Positions 11,201 through 22,814 of a DNA stretch of 64,000 nt are shown piece after piece. The notes beneath the pieces were generated by a model, which did no database searches, was not told where the DNA came from, and saw only the letters and a program-made list of their open reading frames with translations. Origin of the DNA: Lepidodermella squamata (lineage: Eukaryota > Animalia > Gastrotricha); the NCBI GenBank assembly GCA_047495785.1, contig JBLDXI010000004.1:2790001-2854000 (forward strand), given 5' to 3'. Position numbers and translations under genes: made by a program. Every line of letters starts with the position of its first letter. The first letter of the stretch is position 1.

Positions 11201-12913
11201 GCTGAGCAAATTTGGGTATGCCGTCTTCAGGTTCCAAAGCACCATATAAATGTCGCATCTCGCCGTGGACGCGAAAATTGAAATGCCTGCTTCGTCCGTT
11301 AGCAACACTGTGATCAAGTAGCATGCCCATTGAAGTGAATGCGAAATTATTGTTGTAGGCTCGAATAAACTGTCGGAATGTAACAGCAGATTCATGAGTA
11401 GATGTGAGAAGACGCATGAGATCGAAATCTGGTTGTTGAATTTCGGGTAGGTCGAACTTTCCACAACACATGGAATAAATCGGGTTTGTATTCGTCCCGG
11501 CCACTTTTTCTTGAACGAATAGTCGAGCATCACAATCTTGACAGTGTTGATTCATGTGACCGAGGCGATGAGGTTGAATAGCTTGTTCAACGAATAAACC
11601 ATTTCGAGCAACCCTAAAGGTCGTAGGTTTCTTCTCAACCCGAACCCGTCGAGGTTCGGCGACGTAAATACCTAAATTTAATTATTGGCATCAATGATGA
11701 CAACATTGAACTTTTTGTTTTACCTGGCGCGAAAGATTGAAAGAACTCTTGCTCTGTCAGATCATTCTGTGAGAATTGTAATTGAGCGATGATCTCAGGT
11801 GGAACGATTTGATCATCAACAGCCGAATATGGTGGTGGAATTAAAGCGGATGGTCGATGAACATTGAAAACAACAGATTCGGGTTGAGCTAAACGAAGCA
11901 AATTGTTAGAATGTTAAATTAGATCTCGACATTATACTAACCTGTGTTTTCTTCTTGTAGTAATCTTGCATTGACCTTCTTTGGGAGTGGCACATGAGGG
12001 GTACCGGGTATAGATGTGGCATTTCTCTGCCGCAATACAGGTACTGGAGTGCCATTCACAACTAAACCAAAAAATTAGTTCAACTTTTAACCATCTCAAA
12101 GAATTGACTCGCTCACCTGGTGGAGTTTTTAGAAATGGATTGGGAAAGGAAGCAGTCAAAGCAACAGGATTCGTAAATCTAAACGGTGGCGTTGGTATGT
12201 ACCGCGCCACTAATGGACTTGGTAGTCCCGGACCTAAACAAAAATTCTTAGAAAAGCTTGATCACCATATCAATGAACTTACTATTGAGCGTAGCAAAAG
12301 GATTAGGTGACATCAGTCTGACGTCATTGATAAATCTTGGAGCAGGTGGACGGTAGGGCTGAAAGTACGGAGCACCAATCGATCTTGGTGCTGGCAAAGG
12401 GAGTGGACTGCATAGTAGGGGGGCTAAGGTACAAAATTGAAGATAAAGCTGAAAATCAATGCTAATGCTCACAGTTTTGAACGGCCACCGCGTTAGGGTT
12501 GACAGTTCGCTGAGGGGTTTGAGCTGTCGCCGGAGCAACGGCGTTCTTCTTGGGTCTACCGCGAGCTTTCACGACTGGAGCTACAGCAATTGTCGTAAGC
12601 ATAGGGGCTAGAGTAAAGCTTAATTTTAAAGTGTGTGTTAAATCAATGTTGACACTAACAGACAGTTCTGAACTGGGTAACGGTTTGCTGTTTGCTGAGG
12701 TGTTAGAGCCACAGCTTGAGCTGGCGCCGGAGCAACAGCGTTCTTCCTGGGTCTACCTCGGCCTCTCACTGCTGGGGCTTGGGCTGGAGCTGAAACTGCT
12801 GCACTGGTCGATGGCTGGTCCTCCAAACGGAGTTGAACAGCTGCAACCTGCAACTTCTTGGCTGCCCTGTGTTGGTCGCCCCTCTCAATAAGCGGCTGCT
12901 TCCGCTTCGGCAT
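8252..12913 (-). CDS. Helitron RepHel, N-terminal part: AT-hook/Pro-rich exons, Zn motif, HUH Rep and helicase motifs I-III (multi-exon)
   Basis: HRLGHMNQHCQDC..CC Zn motif; FVTMTCNPAWPEI (Rep motif 1); the 56-nt intron 10229-10174 joins EFQ|KRGLPHAHIL (HUH motif 2); KYLYKYVYKG (motif 3); QGGCGKT, WDEGPM, GGDFRQCLPV. Upstream exons are bounded by GT/AG and start at MPKRKQ (12913). Confidence 0.9.
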
Positions 12914-13675
12914 TGATGATTATTTATAAGTTGTTATAGTAGGGTAAAACAAAAACAAAAAACTTTTCCACAAACACACAGGCACACACACACTAAGTTA
13001 AGACTAAGAAATGAGTGATCTAAGTTAAGCTAAAGTTAAATTATGAACAACGTGAACTATAAACGGGTATATACTTGTATACAGGTGATTGTTGTGAGAA
13101 CAACCGATATACGCTAAGCAATTAACCAATCAAGGCAGTGTAGCAACGAACTTGCAGTAAAACGCCAGTTAAACAGCAAAGGATGAGAACCACGAAGGAA
13201 TCGTTTTCCTTCATTCCGGGGCCCGCGCTGCGCGTACGCAAATTTTTGTCTCTTCTCGAAACTTGAACTCTTTTAAATACGAAAAATTATATGCCTGAAT
13301 TAAATAATATACAGTACGCACAAAAAGTAAGGTCCCCCCTGGTGAAGGTCATTGAAAACGCAAAAAAATCGGGCCACAATTTTTACCCGTATTATTTTTG
13401 TAATATTTATATTTCTTATAATTAAATAAACAATATTTAATACATTTAATATTATTTTAAAATTTTATTTTGCCGCAGTAGAAAATTTTGTTTCTAATTT
13501 TTCAGCACAGTTTTTTTCAAAATCTCAAATGGTTACATTATGGTTTTATCCATATTTGTTGTAGGCGGCTGTCCGCTGTATCTTTTAAGACCAAAATATG
13601 CATAGCTTTCCATCTTTTTCTAAACGCTGAGCGTTACTTTGTGTAAAATCGCACAAAAACCTCATAAAAACGAGG

Positions 13676-14153
13676 TTTTTCAAGGCGTTATTCCAAAATC
13701 TAACATGGTAACGCCTCAATTTTTTTGCGCTAATTGAAAGAGCAAGACGAAAAACGTAAGTTACATGGAGAAAAGCGTCGCCTTACCATCGTCGTTTTAA
13801 AGCTTCTTCCCTTTGAAGGAAACTTTCATAATTTCAACTTTTCCGAATTCCTAGAATTACCGCTCACAAAACCCTTTTAAAGAATTAGTCTTTAGGTGTT
13901 TTAGTCACAACTAAGCTAGCCCATCAAGGATGTCTATAGATCACGCTCATATCTTTTATGGATATGAAATTATAGAGCCCAATGTAGACACTTGCTCTGG
14001 AGTTAACCGCTTTTGGTCGCAAACAGTTTCACAACGACGCCGGTAAGGCCACGCTTTTCTCCATGTAACTTACGTTTTTCGTCTTGCTCTTTCAATTAGC
14101 GCAAAAAAATTGAGGCGTTACCATGTTAGATTTTGGAATAACGCCTTGAAAAA
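13676..14153. repeat. Foldback/MITE-like inverted repeat (~110-bp arms)
   Basis: TTTTTCAAGGCGTTATTCCAAAATCTAACATGG...GAGAAAAGCG at 13676-13787 is the reverse complement of 14042-14153. No clear TSD. Confidence 0.75.
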
Positions 14154-14993
14154 TCCGCTAATAAACCTCAGGATAAATAGCCATAAAAGATGATTATCTT
14201 CAGCTAATAAACCTAATTTTTTTTCTAGTCTATAGTTTTTGCTTGTGTGTATGGATGAAAAACGAATGGAATGCAGCTTCGAGTAGTAATCAGAAAGGGT
14301 CACAGCCATTGTTGTGTAACTTTATTACGCCGCATGCTTCTATTCGCAGTCTATCGATAGTTATTTAGCTAAAGCTTTTTAGCTGATAATAAGCTGAGGC
14401 ATAGCCTAGGTTTTTTAGCTAGCCTTGGCTAAATGGAAATAGCTAATTAGCTATACTTTTTTCCTAGTGAATGGATCTGTAATAATTTGCAAATAAGTAA
14501 TAACATGCAAATAGCGTACCAACTTTCAAAAAGGAACGCGGTACGCTAAGCTTGAGCTATCGCGGGCCGGACTGGTGGAACGTACTGCCGACCGAAGCTC
14601 ATCAAGCAGCATCGGCCAAGGAATGCCGCGAAGCTGTGTACAATCATTGTTACTCTACCAATGCTGGGAAATTAAAGTTAAATAAAAATTAGCGGAGGCC
14701 TTGTTCTGGTTATGCTTGAGATGAAATATTAAATTTGTGATTTTATTTTTATGTTTAATGTTTATACTGCTATGCTGTACTTAACGATTCTTGTTGCGAT
14801 TACATCAGAACATAATTGATCGAGTGTCTGATCTATAACTTTGTTTTCTCCTACTACACCTTTCCTGTCCTATAATCTGAACTTGTCCTGCAATTATATG
14901 TTGTTTTCCTTAACATTGTCAAGCTGCCCTCTCTTGGGCGTATGAGCTTTCAAATAAATAAATAATAAATTTTCATAAATCGACCGGAAGGAA

Positions 14994-15300
14994 TTACCTG
15001 CAGCAGTGATCGAACTGTTCGTTTGAGATTGCGTTAGGATTAGGCTGACAACCTCGTTCATCCGGCTTGGCGAAACCTAGATCGTCAATTTTATTCTTCA
15101 AAGTCCACTCGACGAAGTTACGTGGGGAAAGGCCAAGGGCGCTGTGGAAAAACTTTGAACACACGCGAATGTTGCCGGCCGAAGCCTTGTTCGAAAACGC
15201 GCCATCGAGGTGAAAAGTGTGGTGTTTCGAAGGACCACGTCGAGGCAGTGTGCGAAGTAGGATCCCCGAGCTGAGATGTTTTCTAGCAAGCTTCCAGCAC
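14994..15300 (-). pseudogene. DNA-transposase fragment, possibly a Sola-type N-terminal region
   Basis: RVCSKFFHSALGLS..FV..TLK......G....DERGCQPNPN resembles the VCxxFFxxTLxIS...DxRGxH motif I associate with Sola-like transposases. Isolated fragment, recognised from memory only. Confidence 0.4.
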
Positions 15301-17323
15301 CCGGCCACAGTAACCAAAGGGTCCCCTCTGTGGTTTTTTTAGCCTTACTCTGGTGGGAATCCCAGAGCTGGGTTGTCGCGATACCCCAGCACCCCTGTAC
15401 TGCGCACCCTGGCCGTAGTCGTACCGTAGTCGTTAGCGTCGTTTAATACAACTCAGATTCGGGCTTGTTCACGTCAGTTACAGACAGTTGACGGGTGACA
15501 AGTTTGCTTCCCTCTTCGTTCACATAAAAACTCTGCTATCACCTTTTACTTGTCACTGATGTAAACTTGCCCAAATCATAGTTATTCAACGACGCTAACG
15601 CTCCCATATCTGTGGCTTATCAATTTAGTTATCGTTAGTTATTTAATTAGTATCGCCGTCATCAATTCTTGAAAATTGTTAGTTCATTTCGGTTTTAGGT
15701 GATACATTTTCAGAAAACTTTGAAGACCTCTTGTTTCCTAATTCAAAGATCTACTTTCAATGACATTGCATATGCATGAAGATCATTCTATAATTTTTGG
15801 TAGAAATCAGAGGAACTTTGAATTTAGAATGGCTCGTTTCTAAAATACGTAATAATAATTCATTAACATCTTATTGCAATTTCTCTCGCAGCTATATAAA
15901 TAGCAAAGTACATCCTATTAGCTGCTGTATTAAATTCTAAATTCTGCATTGTTGATAGGGTTATTATACCTCAACTTTTACTCGAATTCGGCACTTAAGT
16001 TATAGCTGATTGGATAAAGATTGGATATTTGATATTGATTGGGAATCGGAAAAGGAAAATTCCGGAATAAGGTCGCTACTATACTATTGCAGAGTGCTGG
16101 CTCTTTCGATATATTCAACCTGTTATCGCCATTTCTTTTAAACAAAGTGTGATGAATTATTCTCTTAGTTTCATTTCATTTGTTCGTTTTCAATTATTTC
16201 GCTGCATTGAAAATAAAGATTTACGGCACCGATTCACGGATAATATTCACGGTTTTTCATTGGTCACGGCAGCTAATTTTTCTATCTGTAAAATCTGCAA
16301 TCGAAAAATTCCAGAAGAACGCGAGAAAACTTTGAAGAATTATAGGAAGGATAGGCGAAAAAAGCTGAATTTTTCTTTTCTCTTCAAGATGAGTCCAAGA
16401 ACGCACTATAGCAATCGCAGCTAATGGCAATTTTATAGCCCTTGAAAAAAGATAGTAATTTGAGATGCAACGGCTCCGCAGTTGTAAACAACCGCAATAT
16501 AGCAGTATAATGATATATAGAAATATGCGCTAGTACTGGCGGTCCCTTACGTCGCAACACGAACGATTTGCTCGAAGCGAATTCTTTTTCCAGCCGGAAA
16601 GGTTCTGGTTTTGATGTTTCTTTAGGCTGCATAGTTCTTTTCTATGGCTCTTAAAAACCATAAAATATTTGTATCACTATTCGAACGCTGGATTATGAAT
16701 GAAACGTGCGTATTTTTTGCCAATTTTGGACACATTGATTTAAGAATGGCGCGTGCGTGATACGCCCCGATCTTCTTGAAAATTCAACTGGGTTCAATAA
16801 CAAGGGTTCAGCTGGTTTACTGTATTAGCTGCTCACAGGAGGTCGTAAGCTGTTCGCGTGCCAAGTCAAGTAGATAAACAACATCTGACGCGGTTTTCAA
16901 GCACGAGCACTTTCCTTATTTCATTTGTTGATCCTCTAGATTTAACTGCTAGTTTTAACTTTTAACAACTTTTAACAGGGTATTAGTAAATCTTAGCACC
17001 GACCCTTCCCCATTTTTCTGGGGAATCAGGGGAATTTTCTGAAGCATTTTCTGTAGCTTCTGCTCTTCTAAAAAATTTTTGCTTCGTGATTATGAGGAAT
17101 GTGTGGTGTGAAATTATTCCCCCATCTAAATAATCTCACTCAGCTGTCCGAAATTGATTGGATAAGTCTAATTCTGACGCCCCCCCCCCCCCCCCTCCTT
17201 AGTTACGCCTTGCATAGGTAGACATAACATAATTTAAGCAAGGTAGAAATTTTTTATAAGCAACGATCAATTGACCAATCAGGGCGGTGCGCGCCAAAGT
17301 TCAGCTTTCTAGTGGTTTCGCAA

Positions 17324-19600
17324 ATGATTGCTCATTACTATGCTGTGTTGTTGGCGCTGTTGCTGGCATCAAGCGACGTAGCTTGGGGCAGCAAGCCGTT
17401 GAACTGGGTGCGGTGCTTTTCGAAGCAGAGCAACCGATTCACCAGCTGCGTACCAGCTGCCAATGGCTGTGATCCACTCCGCGAATTTCAGGTTGTCCTC
17501 GAATTTAATTTCTTCCTCGAGATCTTAAAGTGTTCCTATAACGATAGTGGGGTGGCATTTTTCGAACTGAAGGCGTCTGCAACACCGGGGTCTGTTTATT
17601 CATCGGCTACGTGTTTTTTCTTATGATTTCATTCTGATTTAGAATGCCCGGATGTGCTACAAATACGCGTCCTTTACCCCGTTTTGTGTTCCTGGGAACA
17701 TTGGATGCAACAACCCGGGTGATATGAATGTAAGCAACATTCCACACCATACCAATGAATCAAAGAATAAGATGAAAATCCTGCTTTTCATTTTTCAAAT
17801 TATAACCAGACGATTTGGTTCGACGACCAAAAGCCCGTGTTGAGCTTAAAATTCAACCTGAACGAATGCGAGAAGAAGAAAGCTGCATTTGCGGTAAGGA
17901 TTGTTGGAAACGGTGACAATTTTGCATGTTGATATAATTTTTGTCATTGCAGACGCTGGCATTCAGGCGCTGTTCCTCGAACAATGCCATTAAGACATGT
18001 GTTCCTGACCCGAACTCCTGCCCCAATAGCTGGGTGAGTGATTTGCCAGTAGTCTTGGGCAGTTTGTTTTGTGATTTGTGATTCTTGACTATTTTATAAT
18101 CTACAGGTTACTGAAACAACTCTGTATCCCAATCTCGCGTCGTGCATCAAGGATATCTCGCCTCCTGTAAGTTCGCCTTCAATGAGAATTTTCGTGCTCC
18201 TGAGTGTCTGTATATCAAACAGTGACGGATTTTTCATTATGGAAATCAGAAGGCCGTATTCGGGCCCTCAGAGAAAAATCCCAAGGGGGGAACCTCACAT
18301 TTTCTGACTTGTTGGAAAATTCCACAGGAGGGACCATTTCGATTAGTGAAAAACCGCCTGTAATGAGCATGTTTTCGGCCTTCTTTGAAGCTTTTGGGAC
18401 AGCATTATATGCAAAAATTCACGATAAATTTCTCCCAATGCGGTGCGGCAGAAGTCTTCGAATCAACAAAAAACTGAGGACAAATTTCAAAAGAAAAAAT
18501 GCATCAAAATATGGATGATTCATAGGAACCCTGTAGCTGGACTTCCGGGCATCTTGGACCTTAAAGCTATTTAAAAATGACAAGGCTTGTGGGCCGCAAC
18601 CAATACAAGTTATCTAGTTGAGAAGAAAAATGAAGGTTGAGAAGCACTGCTGTTGAATAGTATTAGGCATGGTTAAATTTTGCCATTAGGAAATCCAATT
18701 TCTCTATGGCTAAATTTAAATCCTTAATTCCGTTTTTTATTTCATTTTGTATGTTATTTTCACTGGAGTGTGCCTCTTCAACACCCGACAAATTAGTTGC
18801 AGGTAAGGCGCATGTAGGAATAGGATTACTCTATGGCTTTCCATGGAGAAATCAAACTTGTTGATACCCTCTGGAACCGTCTGTACCCGTTTAGTCGAGG
18901 GTTCTATGGAGTATTCCTATTCCGACTTGCCCACAATCCTGAGCCAATTTTTGATGTGTATATACCCCTATGAAACTAGCACGAAACAAATATTATACAA
19001 ATCCGCCTTAATTTCTTCCATAGAGAAATATCTTGCAATAGAGATGTCGATGACAAAGCTTACCTATATGGGCGCGTAGGAATAAAACGTTTCGTTATTT
19101 TCTAGTCTTATTTCCGCTGCGTCGACAAATCTGACGGGACCACGGCTAATTGCGTAAGCGAGTCGACAGGCTGCAATGCGGCAACTCAGCTTCGAATTCC
19201 GGCTAATGTCGCCTATGCGGACGAGAACACTTGCAAGGCTGTGGTCAAGAAGTACTTGATGCTCTACGTTAAACCGGATAGGACTCCAGGCAGCAAAGCT
19301 ACTGCCGCGTCGAAATGCATCGCGAACAATGCTACGATAGCCACGATTAAATCAGCAGCCGAGCTGGCCACGGCCTCGCCAGTGTTGGACCAGTTTTCGA
19401 ACTCGTACTTCTGGATCGGTCTCACTCGACAACAAGCCGTTCTCAAATGGGACGATGGCTCTGATTTCAATTTCCCCGGAGCACAGTGGGGTTTGCCAAT
19501 TTACGACGGCTGCGTTGTTACCTACTCACCAGCGTATTCCTTTACAGCAACAAATTGTGATAACGGAGTAGAACGAGTCTTATGCGAACATTTTGCGTAA
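17324..19600 (+). CDS. Secreted C-type lectin with four N-terminal Cys-rich repeats (multi-exon)
   Basis: Signal peptide MIAHYYAVLLALLLASSDVAWG; short GT-AG exons; final exon 19106-19600 has a CTLD (ASKC...ATIATIKSAAE...FWIGL...WDDGS...GCV...NC...VLCE); AATAAA near 19686. Confidence 0.8.
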
Positions 19601-19739
19601 TTGCTATATCGGAGAAACGTTTTGTGAAGTTAATTGAATGACTGAGTGGAAGTGGGAGAAAGACACATCTGAAATTGCGAGTCTCAATAAAATTAACTAA
19701 TGGGGAATTCAATCAATTGAATTCAATTCAGTCAATAAG

Positions 19740-19900
19740 GGTTATTTTCGAATTTCGAAGCTCCCTTAATCATAAAGTTTATGACGTCGATTATAACACG
19801 AGTTTTTCTCAGCCGACACAGCCACAGTAGTGTTTGCAAATCTGCGTCATTTTGACGTCATAAAGTCGACTTAATAATAAAGGGAGCTTCGAAAATAACC
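19740..19900. repeat. Small palindromic MITE-like element
   Basis: GGTTATTTTCGAA..GCTCCCTT...TTTATGACGTC is inverted with GACGTCATAAA...AAGGGAGCTTCGAAAATAACC. Confidence 0.55.
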
Positions 19901-20347
19901 AATATCGTTCGTATGACATTTCGGCCCACGACTTTCTGGCCACGACTTTTCAGTCCCGTCAATAGAGCCGGAAGACAATTCAGCCCGCGCGGCATGAGAG
20001 CCCACATTTAAATAAAAAAGAGCGACATTTTATCCGCGAAACTTTGGCGAGCGACGTTTCAGCCCAAAATATTCATTTCAAAGACGACATTTTAGCCTGC
20101 GAAAATTCAACCGTAACTTTTTTCCGCAGCAAATATCTTTTTTTCGCAGTAAATATCTTTTTTTCGCAGTAAAATATTTTTCCCGCAGGAAAGGCTTTTT
20201 TCCGCAGGAAATCGACTTTTTCTCGCAGTATAATTTTAAATAACGCAAATTGTCTTGCAAATTTCACCAAAAGATTTCTAGTTCAAAATTGAGATGGAAA
20301 ATGTATCGTTGTTATGGGTCAAGGGTGACAGAGATTCAATCGAAATA

Positions 20348-20449
20348 TACGAAAAAGAGCTTATTTATTTCATAAATATGAAATAAATAAGCTCTTTTTC
20401 GTAAGAACTTTTAACTTGTTGTTTCAATATTGAAACAACAAGTTAAAAG
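20348..20449. repeat. Two adjacent perfect AT-rich palindromes
   Basis: 20348-20403 has 27-bp arms and an AA loop. 20408-20449 is a 42-bp loopless palindrome. Confidence 0.9.
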
Positions 20450-22814
20450 GAATTTCAAGCTGTGGTCGTTGCTGTGGTCATTGATTTCTATTTTCGGCCA
20501 AGCGCCTTGAAACGGTTGATGAGGAATTGTTGGAATTTGATTTGACCTACCTATTTCCGCATTTTCCTCGAGCCAATTTCGGCAATTCCCTAGAAGGGGT
20601 TCGTAATCGTCCTCAGAGCCGTAAGCCAATATCGATAACGCCCGGCACGCGCTTTCTTCAGCGCTATCAACTTGAGCAGTATCATAAATCACGAAGCCGC
20701 CGTATGTGCTCCTCTTCTCGTGTTGCATTGACGTCTTCCCACCAGGTACACGCTTTGGCCGCTTGCGGATTATTTCATCATCCGAAGAATCATCCGGAGA
20801 GCCAGTAACCTCCTTTGAGAAGTTCCGTTTCTTTGTACGGGGTGAAGTGTCGAGTGAAACATCTGATTCGCTGTCGCTGTTGCTGATGTTAGACTGTTCA
20901 TCGCCTGTCTCCTCAAGGTCGAATTCCGGATCGAATTCCAAAGCTTTGGTTGCCTTCGGCGGTCGCCCACCTCGCACACCACCCAGAGGACGCGCCTGGT
21001 TCTTGGGCTCGATTTCATCGATTTTGGCCAAGTGTCGAACCATTGTGGAGTGGATACAAGGCCCCTTCTTCGCACCATGTTCGCAAGTACATGTCGTGCC
21101 GAATTCATGTAGTTCAACTAGGAAGATGTTTTCAATTGACCAACGGAAGGAATCAAAGTTACGCCACGTCAAATCTTGCCGGATTTTCAGAAGTTTGTTG
21201 CGACAATCATTTGTGATTTCTGGCGAAGTTGCGTAATGAGAATTCTCGTCAATTTGAAAAATTCGCAAGCAAGGTGAAGGCTTCTTCTTGTCCTTGTTAA
21301 GCTTAGCCACTTTCAAGGTGATCCATGCTTTACGGTAGAGATTTGTTGGCACAATCGGCTCTTGTGCGAACTCCGCGGACTCGACAGACTCCTCCGTAAG
21401 TAGAATAATCAGCCTCGTCAAAAGTGGCTCCAAGTGAAACCGCTCGCGTTTAAGCTTCTTTTTAACAAATCCATTCCGGGACTCCAACCCGTTGTTGGTG
21501 GAGGAACACGTAGAGGCGCCCTCGTACCAAAGTGATAATTTACCTTTTAAATATCGCTTACGAAACCATTTGATGAAGGCCTCTGCATGCTTGTTGAGAG
21601 ACCACTTTTTCACAAACAACTTGCCCGCTGCCTTAAACTCCGCGCGCGAATGTGAAAGCTGCAGAACACGAAGGTCCACGATAAGCTTCTTATACAGCTC
21701 GGGTCTTTGTTTATTTCGACACCTCTCCTTGACAATTTTCATTAGGTGAAACCAGCACATCAATCTGCGAGCTTTCCTAAACACCTTCTTGATGGCTGAA
21801 GACACAGCAGGGCTTCCGTCTCCCATGACGTAATCTGGATCCGACCCGTGATCCTTACAACATTGCATGAGCTTGATGTACGCCGCCTTGTCCTCATTGC
21901 TGGAGACAGCGTAGATGACCGGATGGAAGACTTTCTTACGGTCAGATAAGCCAGCCATCAGCAACAGCCCCCGATCAGGGCTTCGTAAAACTTTATAGGT
22001 CGCATCCACCTTTATCACGCATGAAAAAATAAAGAAATAAGAGACAAAGACTCAAAGCTACCTGTAGAAACTTGCGCATAGCTAACTTGGCAAGCAAGTT
22101 CTTAGTTGAAAGAATGATGTTGTATGATGCCTCGTCTTCGTCTCCTATGTGGCTTGACACACAATAGACTTGGTTGGGATCGTCAGGTTCGTCAGAGTGG
22201 GCGTCGACCCAACTTTGCAGTTCGATGGTGTTCATCGTAGACAATAGTCTCCCAACCACCTTCACTTGATCACCTTCATCCGACCCAGTCGCCGCGTTTT
22301 CTTTCTTCATTTTCTGCTTCTCCCGGTAAACTGCATTCGCCACTTGTTTCAAGCTGAGATTTGCGATGTCTAAAACAGAATAACGCAGTTTCAACTTGGA
22401 CAGGGTAACTTTTACTTCGATAATCGCACATACTTTGGTCCTTCAAAATCGCCTTGATTTGACTTGGTGTCGAATTGCGACGGGCTTCTTTCTTGATGGT
22501 TTTGCGAGCCTTCTCCGTGATGACAGTTGGCAGGGCGCCGTCAGTCTTCGTCTTTTTCATTTTGTGATGATGACCAACGTCGCTTTCATCAAAAAGTGCT
22601 TCGCCAGTTTCACGCAAAACCAGTTTGAAACGCTTACTGCATTTTTCCCAATCTTTTCGCTCGGCAAAAATGCACCTAAACAACTGCACGCGCGACCCGT
22701 CCGCGTTGTAGTAAGGAACGCCGTCGACTCGGAGACCAGGAAAGTCTTGTTTAACTAGCTCAAGTAGATCTTCCCACGACCGTTTGCTTGGATACTTTTT
22801 TACGTGAACATACT
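20411..22814 (-). CDS. MULE transposase with SWIM zinc finger and OTU-like C-terminal region (spliced, 5'-truncated)
   Basis: FLQ|VDATYK (first D, across an intron at ~22061-22010), YVMGDGS (second D), RLMCWFH, TNNGLESRN (E), SWIM CTCEHGAKKGPCIH. Confidence 0.85.

Larger units (their letters stand above)
885..13300 (-). mobile_element. Canonical Helitron, disrupted by three nested insertions (5' boundary approximate)
   Basis: RepHel gene at 12913->4323. Removing the 888-3278 element reconstitutes a 3' terminus of hairpin (3287-3311) + CTTTT + CTAG followed by T. The 5' TC end was not located. Confidence 0.85.
19905..22814 (-). mobile_element. Mutator-like element (MULE), 5' end missing
   Basis: Clustered GACATTTCAGCCC-like motifs (19914-20100) and ~20-bp tandem repeats (20115-20230) form a terminal region. 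The transposase gene follows and is cut at ~22814 by the 650-bp repeat array. Confidence 0.7.

Noticed and set aside
14700-14970. Possible LINE/SINE 3' end with an (AAAT)n tail
   Set aside because: Only the tail and a weak stem-loop are visible, which is not enough to call.
20527-21749. Antisense/overlapping ORFs over the MULE (similarly over the SSB, helicase and CMC genes)
   Set aside because: Shadow frames of real coding sequence with no motifs.
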